From NCBI GenBank assembly GCA_963718235.1, contig CAVQYR010000002.1, positions 256,001-320,000 on the forward strand: DNA of 64,000 bases, read 5' to 3'. Under the pieces are notes generated by a model. That model was not told the DNA's origin. It saw only the letters and a program-made list of their open reading frames with translations, and searched no databases. Position 1 is the first letter of the stretch. Every line of letters starts with the position of its first letter. Below are positions 39,658 through 51,236 of this stretch, one piece after another. This stretch comes from an uncultured Actinomycetota bacterium (GTDB lineage Bacteria; Actinomycetota; Actinomycetes; JAHEKZ01). Position numbers and translations under genes: made by a program.

Positions 39658-40575
39658 GTGCCGCACCAGGAACCGCTTCGGCTGATGGCCGTGCATGCCC
39701 ACCCCGACGACGAGTCGAGCAAGGGCGCAGCCTGCATGGCCCGCTACGTCACCGAGGGCGTCGAGGTCCTCGTCGTGACCTGCACCGGGGGCGAGCGCGG
39801 CGATGTCTTGAACCCCAAGCTGGCCGAGGACCCCGAGGTGCTCGTTGACCTGGCCGGCGTGCGACGTCGCGAGATGGAGCGGGCGCGGGAGATCCTCGGC
39901 GTTCAGCAGGTCTGGCTGGGATTCGTCGACTCCGGCTACATCGAGGACTACTCCGTCGACGGCCACCTCCACCAGCTGCCCGACGGCTGCTTTGCGAGGA
40001 CCCCCGTGGAGGAGGCCGCCGTGCCTCTGGCCCGGGTCATCCGGTCGTTTCGTCCGCACGTGCTGACGACGTATGACGAGAACGGGGGATACCCGCACCC
40101 GGACCACATCATGACCCACCTGGTCAGCATCGCCGCGATCGAGGCCGCAGCCGACCCGACGAACCAGGTGGTTCCCGGTGACCCTTGGCAGGTGCTGAAG
40201 GTCTACTACAACATCTCGTTCCACCGGGAGCGGCTCCAGGCGCTGCACGAGGCCACGGTTGCGGCCGGGATCGAGTCGCCGTTCGGTCAGTGGCTCGACG
40301 AGTGGGTCGACGACCCCGACGATGCCGGTCGGGTCACCACCCGCGTGCCGTGCGGCGACTTCTTCGCGGTCAGGGACGACGCCCTGCGCGCCCATGCCAC
40401 CCAGATCGACGACGAGGGCTGGTGGTTCGGCGTCCCGCTCGAGGTGCAGGTCGCCGCCTGGCCGACCGAGGACTTCCAGCTCGCGAGCTCGCTCGTGCCT
40501 TCACCGGTCCCTGAGGACGACTTGTTCGCCGGAGTCTCCGAGTACCTCGCAGCCAGCGACGGCGACGAGGGATGA
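39658..40575 (+). CDS. mca: Mycothiol conjugate amidase
   Basis: HAHPDDESSKGA, TYDENGGYPHPDH, LRAHATQID. Confidence 0.95.
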   Translation: MPHQEPLRLMAVHAHPDDESSKGAACMARYVTEGVEVLVVTCTGGERGDVLNPKLAEDPEVLVDLAGVRRREMERAREILGVQQVWLGFVDSGYIEDYSVDGHLHQLPDGCFARTPVEEAAVPLARVIRSFRPHVLTTYDENGGYPHPDHIMTHLVSIAAIEAAADPTNQVVPGDPWQVLKVYYNISFHRERLQALHEATVAAGIESPFGQWLDEWVDDPDDAGRVTTRVPCGDFFAVRDDALRAHATQIDDEGWWFGVPLEVQVAAWPTEDFQLASSLVPSPVPEDDLFAGVSEYLAASDGDEG

Positions 40576-40582
40576 TGACTGC

Positions 40583-40846
40583 GTGAACCCAGCCCTTGCA
40601 CAGCTCCATGCCACGGCCGCCGAGGCGGCGACGACGCTCGGTCGGATGGAGGAGTCCAAGACCGGGGACCTCGGGCCGGGGGTCGTCGCCTTCGGCATCG
40701 TGGCCCTGCTCGCCGTCGCGACCGCGCTGTTGATGTGGTCGATGGTGCGCCAGATCCGCAAGGTCCCGGCCGACCTCAACACGCCCACCGGCCGTCGGCC
40801 ACGTGCGGCCCGAGCACCGGAGGCCGACCCGCCCGCGGAGGACTGA
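40583..40846 (+). CDS. Small membrane protein
   Basis: PGVVAF..VALLAVATALLMWSMVRQIRKV, typical of the small gene after mca; start uncertain. Confidence 0.65.
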   Translation: MNPALAQLHATAAEAATTLGRMEESKTGDLGPGVVAFGIVALLAVATALLMWSMVRQIRKVPADLNTPTGRRPRAARAPEADPPAED

Positions 40847-40850
40847 CGGG

Positions 40851-41183
40851 TCAGTCGGCGTCCGTCGGGGCGGCCAGTGCGGCGCGGGTCTCGCGGGTGA
40901 CCCGGTGCTCCATCACGAACGACAGGAACGGAACGACGCCACCCAAGACGGTCAGGATCGCCTTGCCGGGGCCCCATCGTTGGCGCAGGGCGAGGTCCAG
41001 CACCGTGGTGATGTAGAGGATGAACAGCCAGCCGTGCGCGGTCCACGCGATCGCGACCTGCTCCTCCGCCATTCCGGCCAGGTACTTCAGGGGCAGCGCG
41101 ACGAACACCAGCGTGACCAGGACGACACCCACGACGTAGGCCATGACCCGGTAGCGCAGCAGGGCGCCGGGAACGCCCTTCAT
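40851..41183 (-). CDS. DUF3817 domain membrane protein
   Basis: RYRVMAYVVG, AHGWLF, GGVVPFLSF.ME; ATGA overlap with the SURF1 gene. Confidence 0.85.
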   Translation of the reverse strand: MKGVPGALLRYRVMAYVVGVVLVTLVFVALPLKYLAGMAEEQVAIAWTAHGWLFILYITTVLDLALRQRWGPGKAILTVLGGVVPFLSFVMEHRVTRETRAALAAPTDAD

Positions 41184-41962
41184 CGAGCCGGTGGACACGA
41201 GGACTCCTCAGGGAACGCGGGGGTCGGGGCTGTTGGCTGGCCTTCGAGGGCGGCGTCGCGGAGCCAGCGGAACCAGACGAACGCCGCGAACCCGGCGAAG
41301 AACCACCATTGCAGGGCGTACCCGGCGTTGAGCAGGTGCCACCCTCCGGACGCCGCGACCTCGACGTTCACCGGCTGGAGGCCGGCGCTGGGTGGGTCGG
41401 CCAGCAGGAACCCGTCGAAGACCTCCCGGGTGGGGTAGATCCCGATCAGCTCGGCCGTGCTGACGATCAGGACCTCGTCGGTCTGCAGCGGCGCGTCGAG
41501 GCGGCTCGGCGCGAGTGCGGAGCTCTCCGAGCGCTGGAGCACCCCGGTGACCTCCACCGTGCGCCTGGGTGCCGCCGGAGCCTTCGCTCGGTCGTCCACC
41601 CAGCCTCGTACGACGGGGAGCAGGTCGCCGGAGGAGGTCCGCAGGGGGGTCAGCACCCAGAAGCCGCCGTCGGCACCGGGATCGGTGCCCTCGACGGGTG
41701 CCCGGTCGACGACGAACAGCTCGAGCGTGGGGTCATAGACGCCCGAGGCGGTCACGGTGCGACCGACCGCCTCGGGTGGGAGCTCATCTCCGGCCGACGC
41801 GACGTCGTCCAGAGGCACTGCTGCTGTCGACGTGGGGTCGGTCTCCGGCTCGAGGTGAGCGCGGCCGAACTGCCATCGGCCGAGTGCCACGCAGGTGACC
41901 ACCACGACGAGCATCAGCAGGGTGAGCGCGATGCCCTTACCGGTGAACAGGGCGCGCGCCAT
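41180..41962 (-). CDS. SURF1 family protein
   Basis: LGRWQ, VLTPL, VVRGWV, YALQWWFFA. Confidence 0.9.
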   Translation of the reverse strand: MARALFTGKGIALTLLMLVVVVTCVALGRWQFGRAHLEPETDPTSTAAVPLDDVASAGDELPPEAVGRTVTASGVYDPTLELFVVDRAPVEGTDPGADGGFWVLTPLRTSSGDLLPVVRGWVDDRAKAPAAPRRTVEVTGVLQRSESSALAPSRLDAPLQTDEVLIVSTAELIGIYPTREVFDGFLLADPPSAGLQPVNVEVAASGGWHLLNAGYALQWWFFAGFAAFVWFRWLRDAALEGQPTAPTPAFPEESSCPPAR

Positions 41963-42008
41963 GCGTCACACGGTACGGGGGCGCCGCCACCCGCCACCAA
42001 CCGGCGGC

Positions 42009-42437
42009 TCAGTCGTCGTCGGAGACCCGGCGCAGGCGCTTGGTCGAGGCGCGGCGCTGCTTGGCCGCCAGCCTGCGCTCGCGCGAGCCTGCGGTGGGCC
42101 GGGTGGGCCGGCGGGGACGTGCGGGGGCCCGCGTCGCCTCCCGCAGCAGGTGCACGAGCCGGTCCGTCGCGATCTGCCGGTTCAGGTGCTGGGAGCGCTC
42201 CCGGTCGACGTGCACGGTGAGGACGCCGTCGACGAGCCGGTTCGACAGTCGGTCCAACGCCCTTCGCCGCAGCTGCTCGGGGATCGAGGGGGACCGCCCG
42301 ACGTCGTACGACACGCTCGCCCGGGAGTCGGTCGTGTTCACCGACTGGCCCCCCGGCCCACTCGAGCGGCTGAACCGCCAGGTGAGCTCGCCGGCAGGCA
42401 CGACGAAGCCTGCGCGCACCTCCAGCGGCCCGGACAT
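42009..42437 (-). CDS. arfB: Alternative ribosome rescue peptidyl-tRNA hydrolase
   Basis: SRSSGPGGQ.VN, RSQ..NR, basic tail R.PTRPT.GS.ERRL..K. Confidence 0.93.
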   Translation of the reverse strand: MSGPLEVRAGFVVPAGELTWRFSRSSGPGGQSVNTTDSRASVSYDVGRSPSIPEQLRRRALDRLSNRLVDGVLTVHVDRERSQHLNRQIATDRLVHLLREATRAPARPRRPTRPTAGSRERRLAAKQRRASTKRLRRVSDDD

Positions 42438-42526
42438 GAGACCACTCTGCCGTAGCAGGGGGCTCGAACGTGCTGGTCGGAGCGGGTCAGGTGTCGCCGC
42501 CGGAGGGAACGGGTGAGGATGTCGGC

Positions 42527-44557
<2,031 letters not shown>

Positions 44558-44612
44558 AGGCACGCTCGACACGATGGCTCGAGCCGTCGTCAGACCCCAG
44601 TGGGAGGCCGCC

Positions 44613-45077
44613 ATGGCGTTGACCGAGCTCGATGCTGACCTGAGTCGCTGCGTCGTGGTGGGCGACGACGGATCCGCGGAGTCGGCCCACGCCGTCCGTT
44701 GGGCGGTGACCGAGGCGGCCGTGCGCGGCTGCACCCTGGTGGTCCTGCGTGCCTGGTCGCTGACGACGGCTCCCCGGCCCGAGTCGTGGCAGCCGGGATA
44801 CGTGCCGGCGGAGGACGAGTTCGCGCAGGCGGTCCACGACCAGCTCGCCGACGACGTCCAGGTGATCCTGGGTGACTCCCCGGGGGTCACGGTGACCTTC
44901 CTGCCCGTGCACGCGGCTGCGGACGATGCCCTGGTCGCGGCGTCCCGACACGCGCCACTCGTCGTCGTGGGTTCCCATGGTCGCCACCTGGCCCGCGGGC
45001 TGCTGGGTTCGACCGCCGAGCATCTCGTCCGCCACACCCACGGACCGGTGGTGGTCGTGCCGGTCACCGGCCGCTGA
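44613..45077 (+). CDS. Universal stress protein
   Basis: VVVG.DGS..S..AVRWA, VVGSHG...LLGSTAE..V......PVVVV; RBS GGAGG. Confidence 0.9.
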   Translation: MALTELDADLSRCVVVGDDGSAESAHAVRWAVTEAAVRGCTLVVLRAWSLTTAPRPESWQPGYVPAEDEFAQAVHDQLADDVQVILGDSPGVTVTFLPVHAAADDALVAASRHAPLVVVGSHGRHLARGLLGSTAEHLVRHTHGPVVVVPVTGR

Positions 45078-45110
45078 GCGGTCGGTTCGCTGTCGGTGAA
45101 CGAGGCACAC

Positions 45111-45134
45111 GTAATCGAGTAATCATGTAATCAT
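45111..45134. repeat. Three tandem octamers GTAATCRW (candidate operator)
   Basis: GTAATCGA-GTAATCAT-GTAATCAT; AT-rich patch ending 6 nt before the ATG at 45141. Confidence 0.8.
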
Positions 45135-45140
45135 GAGTGC

Positions 45141-45689
45141 ATGAACCGACCATCGATGACCGAAGACGCTCCGGACCCGGACGCACTGCTCGGATGGTTC
45201 GCCGGGAGGCTCCCCAAGGAGTGGTTCCTCGGCGGGCCGACCGTCGAGGTCGACCGCGAGGAGATCACCGTGATCGGGGCCCTGTCCGCACCCGACCTGC
45301 CGACCGACGCACCAGAGGCGCAGCGGGCCGCGGCTCGGGCGGGGCGGGCCAAGGCCTTCCGAGAGGCCACCCGGGCGCAGCGGATGGCCATCGCCGACGA
45401 GGTCGAGCACCGCACCGGTCGCAAGGTCGCCTGGGCCGTGACCGTCGGGGCCGGGGTCGACGACCCGATCCGGTTCACCCACCTCGCGGTCCCGGTGATG
45501 ACCCGGCTTCGGCAGCCCGAGCGTCAGGTGCTCGACACGCTCGTCGACTCCGGTGTCGCCCGGTCACGGGCGGACGCCCTGGCCTGGTGCGTGCGCCTGG
45601 TGGGGCAGCACACCGGTGAGTGGCTGGACGAGCTGCGCACGGCCATGGCCGATGTGGAGCGGGTGCGCCGCACCGGCCCTGGAGCCTGA
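45141..45689 (+). CDS. Conserved hypothetical protein with C-terminal ribbon-helix-helix-like segment
   Basis: WFAGRLP..WF, DREEI, FRE.TR..R, PVMTRLRQPERQVLDTLVDSGVARSRADALAWCVRL. Confidence 0.8.
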   Translation: MNRPSMTEDAPDPDALLGWFAGRLPKEWFLGGPTVEVDREEITVIGALSAPDLPTDAPEAQRAAARAGRAKAFREATRAQRMAIADEVEHRTGRKVAWAVTVGAGVDDPIRFTHLAVPVMTRLRQPERQVLDTLVDSGVARSRADALAWCVRLVGQHTGEWLDELRTAMADVERVRRTGPGA

Positions 45690-45785
45690 TCGAGGGCCCT
45701 GGTCAGGGTCCCGATCGGTGGGTCCTGATCGGGGTAGGGTCGCCTCGGTTCGACAACCGTGGCGATCACTCGGTGAGGTGAGTGC

Positions 45786-46547
45786 GTGGGCGTGCGCGAC
45801 CTGGCCTACGAGGCCTACGAGCGCCGGTTGCTGGCCTCGCTCAAGGACGCCGAGATCCCCCGGCACGTGGGGGTGATCCTGGACGGCAACCGGCGCTGGG
45901 CGAAGGCCCTGGGCACCGACAGCCGTAGCGGTCACCAGCGGGGAGCCGACAAGATCGCCGACCTGCTCGGCTGGTGCGAGGAGGCTGGCGTCGACGTCGT
46001 CACGCTGTGGCTGCTGTCGACCGACAACGTGTCGCGCCCGGCCGCAGAGCTCGACCCCCTGCTGCGGATCATCGAGAACGTGGTGGGCGAGCTCGCGGTC
46101 GCGCGTCGCTGGCGACTCAACCCGGTGGGCGCGCTCGACTTGCTCCCCGACGTCACGGCTGAGGTGTTGAAGGAGGCTGCGGCGCAGACGGCTGACATCG
46201 ACGGACTCCTCGTCAACATCGCGGTCGGCTACGGCGGACGACGCGAGATCGCCGACGCGGTGCGCTCCCTGCTCGCCGAGCACGCCGACAAGGGCACGAC
46301 GCTCGAGGATCTCGCCGCCGACCTCGACGTCGACCACATCGCCGAGCACCTTTACACCCGTGGTCAGCCCGATCCCGACCTGGTCATCCGCACGTCCGGT
46401 GAGCAACGGCTCAGCGGGTTCATGCTGTGGCAGAGCGCGCACAGCGAGTTCTACTTCTGCGAGGCCTACTGGCCCGACTTCCGACGGGTCGACTTCCTGC
46501 GCGCGCTGCGCTCCTATGCGCAGCGCCATCGCCGGTTCGGCAGCTAG
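45786..46547 (+). CDS. cis-prenyltransferase (short-chain Z-isoprenyl diphosphate synthase type)
   Basis: HVGVILDGNRRWA, LSTDN, IRTSGEQRLSGFMLWQ. Confidence 0.93.
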   Translation: MGVRDLAYEAYERRLLASLKDAEIPRHVGVILDGNRRWAKALGTDSRSGHQRGADKIADLLGWCEEAGVDVVTLWLLSTDNVSRPAAELDPLLRIIENVVGELAVARRWRLNPVGALDLLPDVTAEVLKEAAAQTADIDGLLVNIAVGYGGRREIADAVRSLLAEHADKGTTLEDLAADLDVDHIAEHLYTRGQPDPDLVIRTSGEQRLSGFMLWQSAHSEFYFCEAYWPDFRRVDFLRALRSYAQRHRRFGS

Positions 46548-46852
46548 TGACCCTGCACGCGTGCTGAGAAATCAGGACCGCTCAGGGGGCTCTGTCTCAG
46601 CAAGGTTCGGGTCAGCGACTGACGGGCCCCCGCGTCCGGCGTGGCGCGCCCGTTCGGTGGGGCCGCCGTCGTAGCGTCGCACTGACGCGCGGACGCCCGT
46701 CGGCGCGTAGGGGAGGCCCCCTCGGTGCTGTCGTCGATGCGCGAACAAGACGATGAGCGGGGGCCGGCACCCGGCCCTTGGGGCCTGGTCCCGGTCCACC
46801 CTTCGTCACTGGTCGGGCGTGGTGTGCGCCTCGGTCGGGAAGTCCGTGATCT

Positions 46853-48163
46853 GTGACTCAGGCTCGCCGTGACCCGCGCCGCACCTACGTCCTCGACACC
46901 TCCGTCCTGCTGGCTGACCCCGCGGCACTGCTGCGGTTCGACGAGCACGAGGTGGTCGTCCCGGTCGTGGTGATCACCGAGCTGGAGGCCAAGCGGTCCC
47001 ATCCTGAGCTCGGCTACTTCGCCCGGACGGCGCTGCGCATCCTCGACGACCTGAGGGTGCAGCACGGACGTCTCGACGAGGTGCTCCCGGTCGGTGGTGC
47101 CGGCGGCACGCTGCGGGTCGAGCTCAACCACACCGACCCGGCGGTGCTGCCCGCGGGGTTCCGGCTCGACGACAACGACAGCCGCATCCTGGCGGTGGCG
47201 CGCAACCTGGCGGCCGACGGTCACGACGTCACCCTCGTCTCCAAGGATCTCCCGCTGCGCGTCAAGGCCTCGGCCGTGGGGGTGGACGCCGAGGAGTACC
47301 GCGCGGAGCTCGCGCTCGAGGCCGGCTGGACGGGGATGGCCGAGCTGGAGATCGCGGGCGCCGACCTCGACCGGCTCTACCACGACGACGTGATCGACCT
47401 CGACGAGGCGCGCGAGCTGCCCTGCCACACCGGACTCGTGCTCGTCTCCGAGCGCGGGTCGGGACTCGGGCGGGTGACGGCGGACAAGCAGGTTCGTCTG
47501 GTGCGCGGTGACCGCGAGGCCTTCGGTCTGCACGGCCGCAGTGCCGAGCAGCGCGTGGCCCTGGACCTCCTGCTCGACTCCGACGTCGGCATCATCTCGC
47601 TCGGGGGGCGCGCCGGTACCGGCAAGTCGGCGTTGGCCCTGTGCGCAGGGCTCGAGGCCGCGCTGGAGCGGCGACAGCACCGCAAGGTCGTCGTCTTCCG
47701 TCCGCTGTACGCCGTGGGTGGCCAGGAGCTCGGCTACCTCCCCGGCAGCGAGGCCGAGAAGATGAACCCCTGGGGGCAGGCGGTGTTCGACACCCTCTCG
47801 GCGCTGACCACCCAGGAGGTCGTCGAGGAGATCGTCGACCGCGGGATGCTCGAGGTGCTGCCGCTGACGCACATCCGCGGACGGTCCCTGCACGACGCGT
47901 TCGTGATCGTCGACGAGGCCCAGTCGCTGGAGCGCAACGTCCTGCTCACGGTGCTGTCCCGGATCGGCCAGGGGTCACGCGTCGTGCTCACCCACGATGT
48001 GGCGCAGCGGGACAACCTTCGCGTCGGTCGTTACGACGGTGTGGTCGCGGTCGTCGAGAAGCTCAAGGGGCACCCGCTGTTCGCACACGTCACGCTGACC
48101 CGGTCGGAGCGGTCTCCGATCGCCGCCTTGGTCACTGAGATGCTCGAGGACATCACGCTGTAG
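46853..48163 (+). CDS. phoH2: PhoH2 (PIN domain plus PhoH ATPase/helicase)
   Basis: YVLDTSVL and NDSRIL PIN motifs; [19 protein letters not shown]. Confidence 0.93.
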   Translation: MTQARRDPRRTYVLDTSVLLADPAALLRFDEHEVVVPVVVITELEAKRSHPELGYFARTALRILDDLRVQHGRLDEVLPVGGAGGTLRVELNHTDPAVLPAGFRLDDNDSRILAVARNLAADGHDVTLVSKDLPLRVKASAVGVDAEEYRAELALEAGWTGMAELEIAGADLDRLYHDDVIDLDEARELPCHTGLVLVSERGSGLGRVTADKQVRLVRGDREAFGLHGRSAEQRVALDLLLDSDVGIISLGGRAGTGKSALALCAGLEAALERRQHRKVVVFRPLYAVGGQELGYLPGSEAEKMNPWGQAVFDTLSALTTQEVVEEIVDRGMLEVLPLTHIRGRSLHDAFVIVDEAQSLERNVLLTVLSRIGQGSRVVLTHDVAQRDNLRVGRYDGVVAVVEKLKGHPLFAHVTLTRSERSPIAALVTEMLEDITL

Positions 48164-49556
48164 GGCGGGTCATCCGCAACGGGTCGAGCGCCTCGTCGAG
48201 CTGCTGCTCGGTGAGGTGTCCTGTTGCGACGTGTCCCCGGGCGACCACGACATCCCGGATCGAGGAGCCCTCGGCCAGTGACTGCCGCACGATGGCGGCG
48301 ACCTCGTCGTAGCCGAGGTACCGGTTGAGGGCGGTCGCCAGAGCAGGGGACCGTTCGGCCGCCCTCCGCAGCCTGGCCACGTCGACGGTCAGACCGTGGA
48401 TGGTCCGGTCGGCCAAGACCACCACACCGGCAGTCAGCAGCTCGATCGACGACATGAGGTTCCTGGCCAGCACGGGCAGCATCGCGTTCAGCTCGAAGGC
48501 TCCCTGGGCACCGGCCGCACCGATCGCGGCATCGTTGCCGACCACCTGTGCGCAGACCATCAGCACGGCCTCGGGAATCACCGGATTCACCTTGCCGGGC
48601 ATGATGCTCGACCCAGCCTGAAGCGCGGGCAGGGTGATCTCGCCCAGACCTGCGGTGGGGCCAGAGCTCATCCAGCGCAGGTCGTTGCAGATCTTGGTGA
48701 GCCCGACGGCGAGGGTGCGCAGCTGCCCCGACAGCTCGACCAGCGCATCGCGCGCCCCTTGCGCCTCGAACGGGTTCCGGGCGCGACGCAACGCGAGCCC
48801 CGTCGTGGTGCTCAGCGCGGCGACCACGGCGTCGCCGAAGCCCACGGGGGCGTTGACCCCGGTGCCGGTCGCGGTGCCACCGAGCGGCAGCTCGAGGAGG
48901 CGAGGCAGCGTCGACTCCACCCGCTCGACACCGTAGGCGACCTGCGCGGCGTAGCCGCCCAGCTCCTGGCCCAGTGTCACCGGCACGGCGTCCATCAGGT
49001 GGGTGCGGCCGGGCTTGACCGTGTCGGCGTGGTGGATCGACTGGACCTCCAGCGCTGAGTGCAGGTGCCACAGGGCCGGGACCAGCTCGTTGACCACCGC
49101 ATCGGCCGCAGCCAGGTGGATCGCACTGGGCACCACGTCGTTGCTGGACTGCGAGGCGTTCACGTCGTCGTTGGGGTGGACGTCGCGACCCAGGCGCCGC
49201 CCGGCGAGGGTGGCCACCACCTCGTTGACGTTCATGTTCGTCGAGGTCCCCGAGCCGGTCTGGAAGACATCCACCGGGAACTGCCCGTCGAGCCCGCCGC
49301 CTGCCACCTCGTCGGCGGCCAGCGCGATCGCCTCACCCACCCCCTGCTCCACGACGCCGAGGTCGGCGTTGACCCGGGCGGCCGCCGCCTTGATCAGCGC
49401 CAGCGCGTGGATCACCGACGCGGGCATGGGCTCACCACTGATCGGGAAGTTCTCCAGCGCGAGCCGGGTCTGCTCACCCCACAGTGCACCGTCCGGCCCG
49501 GTGGTCGGAGGTGTTGGGCGGTCGTGCCTGCGTCTCGGGAGTTGGTGCCCCTTCAC
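48153..49556 (-). CDS. fumC: Class II fumarate hydratase
   Basis: [44 protein letters not shown]; GTG start after GAGGAG. Confidence 0.92.
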   Translation of the reverse strand: MKGHQLPRRRHDRPTPPTTGPDGALWGEQTRLALENFPISGEPMPASVIHALALIKAAAARVNADLGVVEQGVGEAIALAADEVAGGGLDGQFPVDVFQTGSGTSTNMNVNEVVATLAGRRLGRDVHPNDDVNASQSSNDVVPSAIHLAAADAVVNELVPALWHLHSALEVQSIHHADTVKPGRTHLMDAVPVTLGQELGGYAAQVAYGVERVESTLPRLLELPLGGTATGTGVNAPVGFGDAVVAALSTTTGLALRRARNPFEAQGARDALVELSGQLRTLAVGLTKICNDLRWMSSGPTAGLGEITLPALQAGSSIMPGKVNPVIPEAVLMVCAQVVGNDAAIGAAGAQGAFELNAMLPVLARNLMSSIELLTAGVVVLADRTIHGLTVDVARLRRAAERSPALATALNRYLGYDEVAAIVRQSLAEGSSIRDVVVARGHVATGHLTEQQLDEALDPLRMTRPTA

Positions 49557-49566
49557 GGTCGGCTCC

Positions 49567-50745
49567 TCAGGTGGGTAGGTAGAACGTGAGTAGGTCGGCG
49601 GCCTGTGGGGGGAACAGGACGTGCATGAGCGCCTGCTGGGCCCCCAGGTGCGCATCGGGGAAGCGCTCCTCCAGACCGGCCGCCCCGCAGCCGAACAGCA
49701 GGGCACCGAGTGCGTCGCCGGGTAGCCCCGACCCGCCCGCGGAGACCGGAGCCTGGAAGGGACCCCCCTCGGACACCGACCCCACCCCCTCCGGCCCGTA
49801 GTCGAACCTCAGGTGGCTGCGCCAGAACGAGATCAGGGCGGCCCCGTGCAGGTCAGGGGCGTTGGCCCGCAGGCGACGGGACAGCTCCGGCCGCAACGCC
49901 TCGAGCAGGTCTCGTGGGCGGGGCACCCGCACGTAGTACCAGTCGACACGTTGGTGGTCGGTGGTCAGCCGGGCGAGGCCAGGAACTCCGGGCCGGTCCA
50001 CCACGAGTGCGGGTTCGTGGCCGCCCTGCCGCTCGAGCGCCGCGGCGGCCAGTGCCCTCGTCGCCTCCTCGTCGCGGGTCGCGACCTCTCCGACCAGCAC
50101 TGCTCCGTCGTCGATGCAGACGCGTGCGGTCCCGACGACCGACCCCGACCGTTCGGCGACCCACTGCTGGGAGCCGTCACGATCGACCAGCCACGTCCAG
50201 CAGGCCGGCTGGTGCGGCATCGCGACATCGAACCGTGTCTGCACGGACTCTTGGAGCTCCGCCATGGCTGGGATGTCGTCGGCGGCTGCGGGCCGAACCC
50301 GGCACCGGCTCGGCGGGCCTGGGGCCGCGCTGCTGAGGCTGGCCCAGGGGTGCATCGGAATGGCATAGGAGTAGCCGAACTGCCGGTAGAAGTTCGGGAT
50401 CCCGATCATCACCTGGACGACGTGGCCGCGAGCCGCCGACCTCTCGTGGCACCAGTGCATCAGCGCCCGGACGAGCCCCTGGTGCTCGAAGGTGTGGTCG
50501 GTGGCCACCAGCTCCACCTGGCCGGCACGGAGCGTGACCGTTCCGACCCTGAGCTGCTCGTCGAGCAACGTCGCGGTCGCGGCCACGACACCGTCGACCT
50601 CGGCGACGGCCGTCCCGCCGAGACCGACCGTGTCCGCCACGAGCTGCATGTCGACCGCGTCGTCGTCGTCCCCGCGGACGGCCAGGAGAGTGCGGATCGC
50701 GGGGAGGTCGCCGGGTCGGGCTGCTCGGATGACCGAGCTGCTCAC
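49567..50745 (-). CDS. GNAT family (Eis-like) N-acetyltransferase
   Basis: [28 protein letters not shown]. Confidence 0.82.
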   Translation of the reverse strand: MSSSVIRAARPGDLPAIRTLLAVRGDDDDAVDMQLVADTVGLGGTAVAEVDGVVAATATLLDEQLRVGTVTLRAGQVELVATDHTFEHQGLVRALMHWCHERSAARGHVVQVMIGIPNFYRQFGYSYAIPMHPWASLSSAAPGPPSRCRVRPAAADDIPAMAELQESVQTRFDVAMPHQPACWTWLVDRDGSQQWVAERSGSVVGTARVCIDDGAVLVGEVATRDEEATRALAAAALERQGGHEPALVVDRPGVPGLARLTTDHQRVDWYYVRVPRPRDLLEALRPELSRRLRANAPDLHGAALISFWRSHLRFDYGPEGVGSVSEGGPFQAPVSAGGSGLPGDALGALLFGCGAAGLEERFPDAHLGAQQALMHVLFPPQAADLLTFYLPT

Positions 50746-51158
50746 TCCGGCGTCGCCTTGCTCGCCTGCACCGAGGCCTCGACAAGTCGGCGCAGCACCG
50801 AGGCGTCCACGTCACTGAGCGCCTTGATGTACAGGCACGACTTGCCGAGCGAGTGTCTGCCCAGCTGGTCCAGCAGGTCGCCGTGCTGGTCGAAGCCGTC
50901 CATCAGGTAGAGGGTCAGGCTCTGCTTGCGAGGCGAGAAACCCACGACCGGCCAGTCTCCCTCCCGACCGCTGGCGTACCGGTAGTGCTTGACGCCGAAA
51001 CCGACGATGGCCGTGCCCCACATGGTGGGAGGCTCGCCCGTGACCTGCGCCATCAGCTCGCACACTGCCTCGGCGTCAGCGCGCCGCCCAGGGTCGGGGA
51101 CCGACGCGAGAAAGGCCGCCACGTCGCCGTCGTTGCGTTTGGTCTTCGGCTCTGCCAT
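50742..51158 (-). CDS. DUF1801 domain protein
   Basis: MWG.AIVGFG..HY.Y.SGREGDW...GFSPRK, LG.H..GKSCLY. Confidence 0.88.
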   Translation of the reverse strand: MAEPKTKRNDGDVAAFLASVPDPGRRADAEAVCELMAQVTGEPPTMWGTAIVGFGVKHYRYASGREGDWPVVGFSPRKQSLTLYLMDGFDQHGDLLDQLGRHSLGKSCLYIKALSDVDASVLRRLVEASVQASKATPE

Positions 51159-51236
51159 CACGCCTCCCGGCCCCGTTGTTGGCGACGAGCCTACGTCGAA
51201 ACACCCAGGTGCGACCGGGGTGAGGCGCCGGCGCTC

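Noticed and set aside
45091-45112. TGTCGG upstream of the RHH-like gene as a second PafBC promoter
   Set aside because: After the 10-nt spacer the sequence is ACACGT, not TA-N3-T
45685-45740. Repeated GATCG-containing hairpin and direct repeats before the prenyltransferase gene
   Set aside because: Short and imperfect; at most a terminator-like hairpin, with no spacer structure of a CRISPR or iteron array
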